The notes beneath the pieces were generated by a model. That model was not told the origin of the DNA and made no database searches. It was given only the letters and a program-made list of their open reading frames with translations. A stretch of 63,985 bases of DNA, filler included, from Candidatus Limnocylindrales bacterium (GTDB lineage: Bacteria > Moduliflexota > Moduliflexia > Moduliflexales > JAUQPW01), in NCBI GenBank assembly GCA_035559535.1. It is 3 parts of 3 records of this genome, joined end to end, with 100 filler letters (N's around TTAATTAATTAA, not from the genome) between each part and the next. Parts side by side here need not be neighbours in the genome. Positions count along the whole stretch, not along the records: positions 47,331 to 63,985 come from DATMBG010000054.1; 2 more parts are not named here. The stretch is one strand, 5' to 3'. A program made the translations under genes and the position numbers. Shown one piece after another: positions 63,489 to 63,985 of the stretch (the first letter of the stretch is position 1; every line of letters begins with the position of its first letter).

Positions 63489-63638
63489 TTATTTAGTCTC
63501 TCGATGGACCGTATGTTTTCTGCAAAATCGACAAAACTTTTTAAACTCCAGTTTATCTTGAGTTCTTTTTTTATTCTTTGTAGTGGAGTAATTTCTCCGT
63601 TTACACTCCGTACAGGCTAATGTTACAATCTCTCGCAT
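63489..63638 (-). CDS. rpmG: 50S ribosomal protein L33 (Zn-binding type)
   Basis: Manual translation [22 protein letters not shown]...[15 protein letters not shown]; not in the ORF track. Confidence 0.95.
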   Translation of the reverse strand: MREIVTLACTECKRRNYSTTKNKKRTQDKLEFKKFCRFCRKHTVHRETK

Positions 63639-63880
63639 GCAGCAGGTCTCAAAATAATAAAAGGTTAAGGGCCAAAAGTTAAAGGAACGATCTTCCCTTA
63701 ACCATTGGCCTTTAGCCTTTTATAAACCAGGATTCAGGAGTTAAGTAAGCGATCTGGAAGATTTCTGTTGTTTTCGTGGAAGCACAGGGGCGGGTCAAGA
63801 TCCGATCCCTAAGGTTTAGGATCGGCTACTTAGCGCTCGAGGGTATTTTCTTTCTCCTGAATCTTTTCTCCTGACTCTCT

Positions 63881-63985
63881 CTACTCAAGAATATCACTGA
63901 CCACTCCAGCCCCTACCGTCTTCCCTCCTTCCCGTATCGCAAACCTCAACTCCTTCTCCATCGCAACCGGTGTGATCAACTCCGC
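63881..63985 (-). CDS. tuf: Elongation factor Tu, 3' fragment (second copy)
   Basis: [31 protein letters not shown]. Confidence 0.95.
   Translation of the reverse strand, partial: AELITPVAMEKELRFAIREGGKTVGAGVVSDILE

Noticed and set aside
63351-63620. Plus-strand 89-aa ORF
   Set aside because: Antisense shadow of tRNA-Trp and rpmG; the many short ORFs antisense to or nested in rpoBC, fusA and the glycan genes are rejected for the same reason

Overview
The window is three unrelated contigs joined by two artificial 100-nt spacers (N44-TTAATTAATTAA-N44 at 28239-28338 and 47231-47330). It comes from a moderately AT-rich bacterium, probably a deep-branching diderm lineage (inferred from gene content; not assigned). 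Contig 1 (1-28238) is one co-directional, ~27-kb surface-polysaccharide cluster. It carries GT2/GT4/GT10-like transferases, Wzx, nucleotide-sugar enzymes and many tailoring enzymes (four SAM methyltransferases, two radical SAM enzymes, a sulfotransferase, a GH30). Contig 2 (28339-47230) starts with an accessory region: an orphan Rhs tip and decayed cassettes with attC-like sites. Next is a minus-strand unit led by a fluoride (crcB) riboswitch: dynamin-like GTPase, Zn-ribbon/HEAT protein, MFS transporter, an orphan N-terminally extended Pup, a P-type ATPase relic and a Cys/His-rich protein. Housekeeping and signalling genes follow, then the start of a 16S rRNA. Contig 3 (47331-63985) is the tuf-rpmG-tRNA-Trp-secE-nusG-rplKAJL-rpoBC-rpsLG-fusA-tuf core cluster. 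The two strongest candidates for new biology are (1) the fluoride-riboswitch-controlled dynamin/HEAT/MFS/Pup unit with a tandem terminator relay and (2) a PDZ-like domain inserted in RNA polymerase beta-prime. All calls come from reading motifs by eye; no database searches were run.
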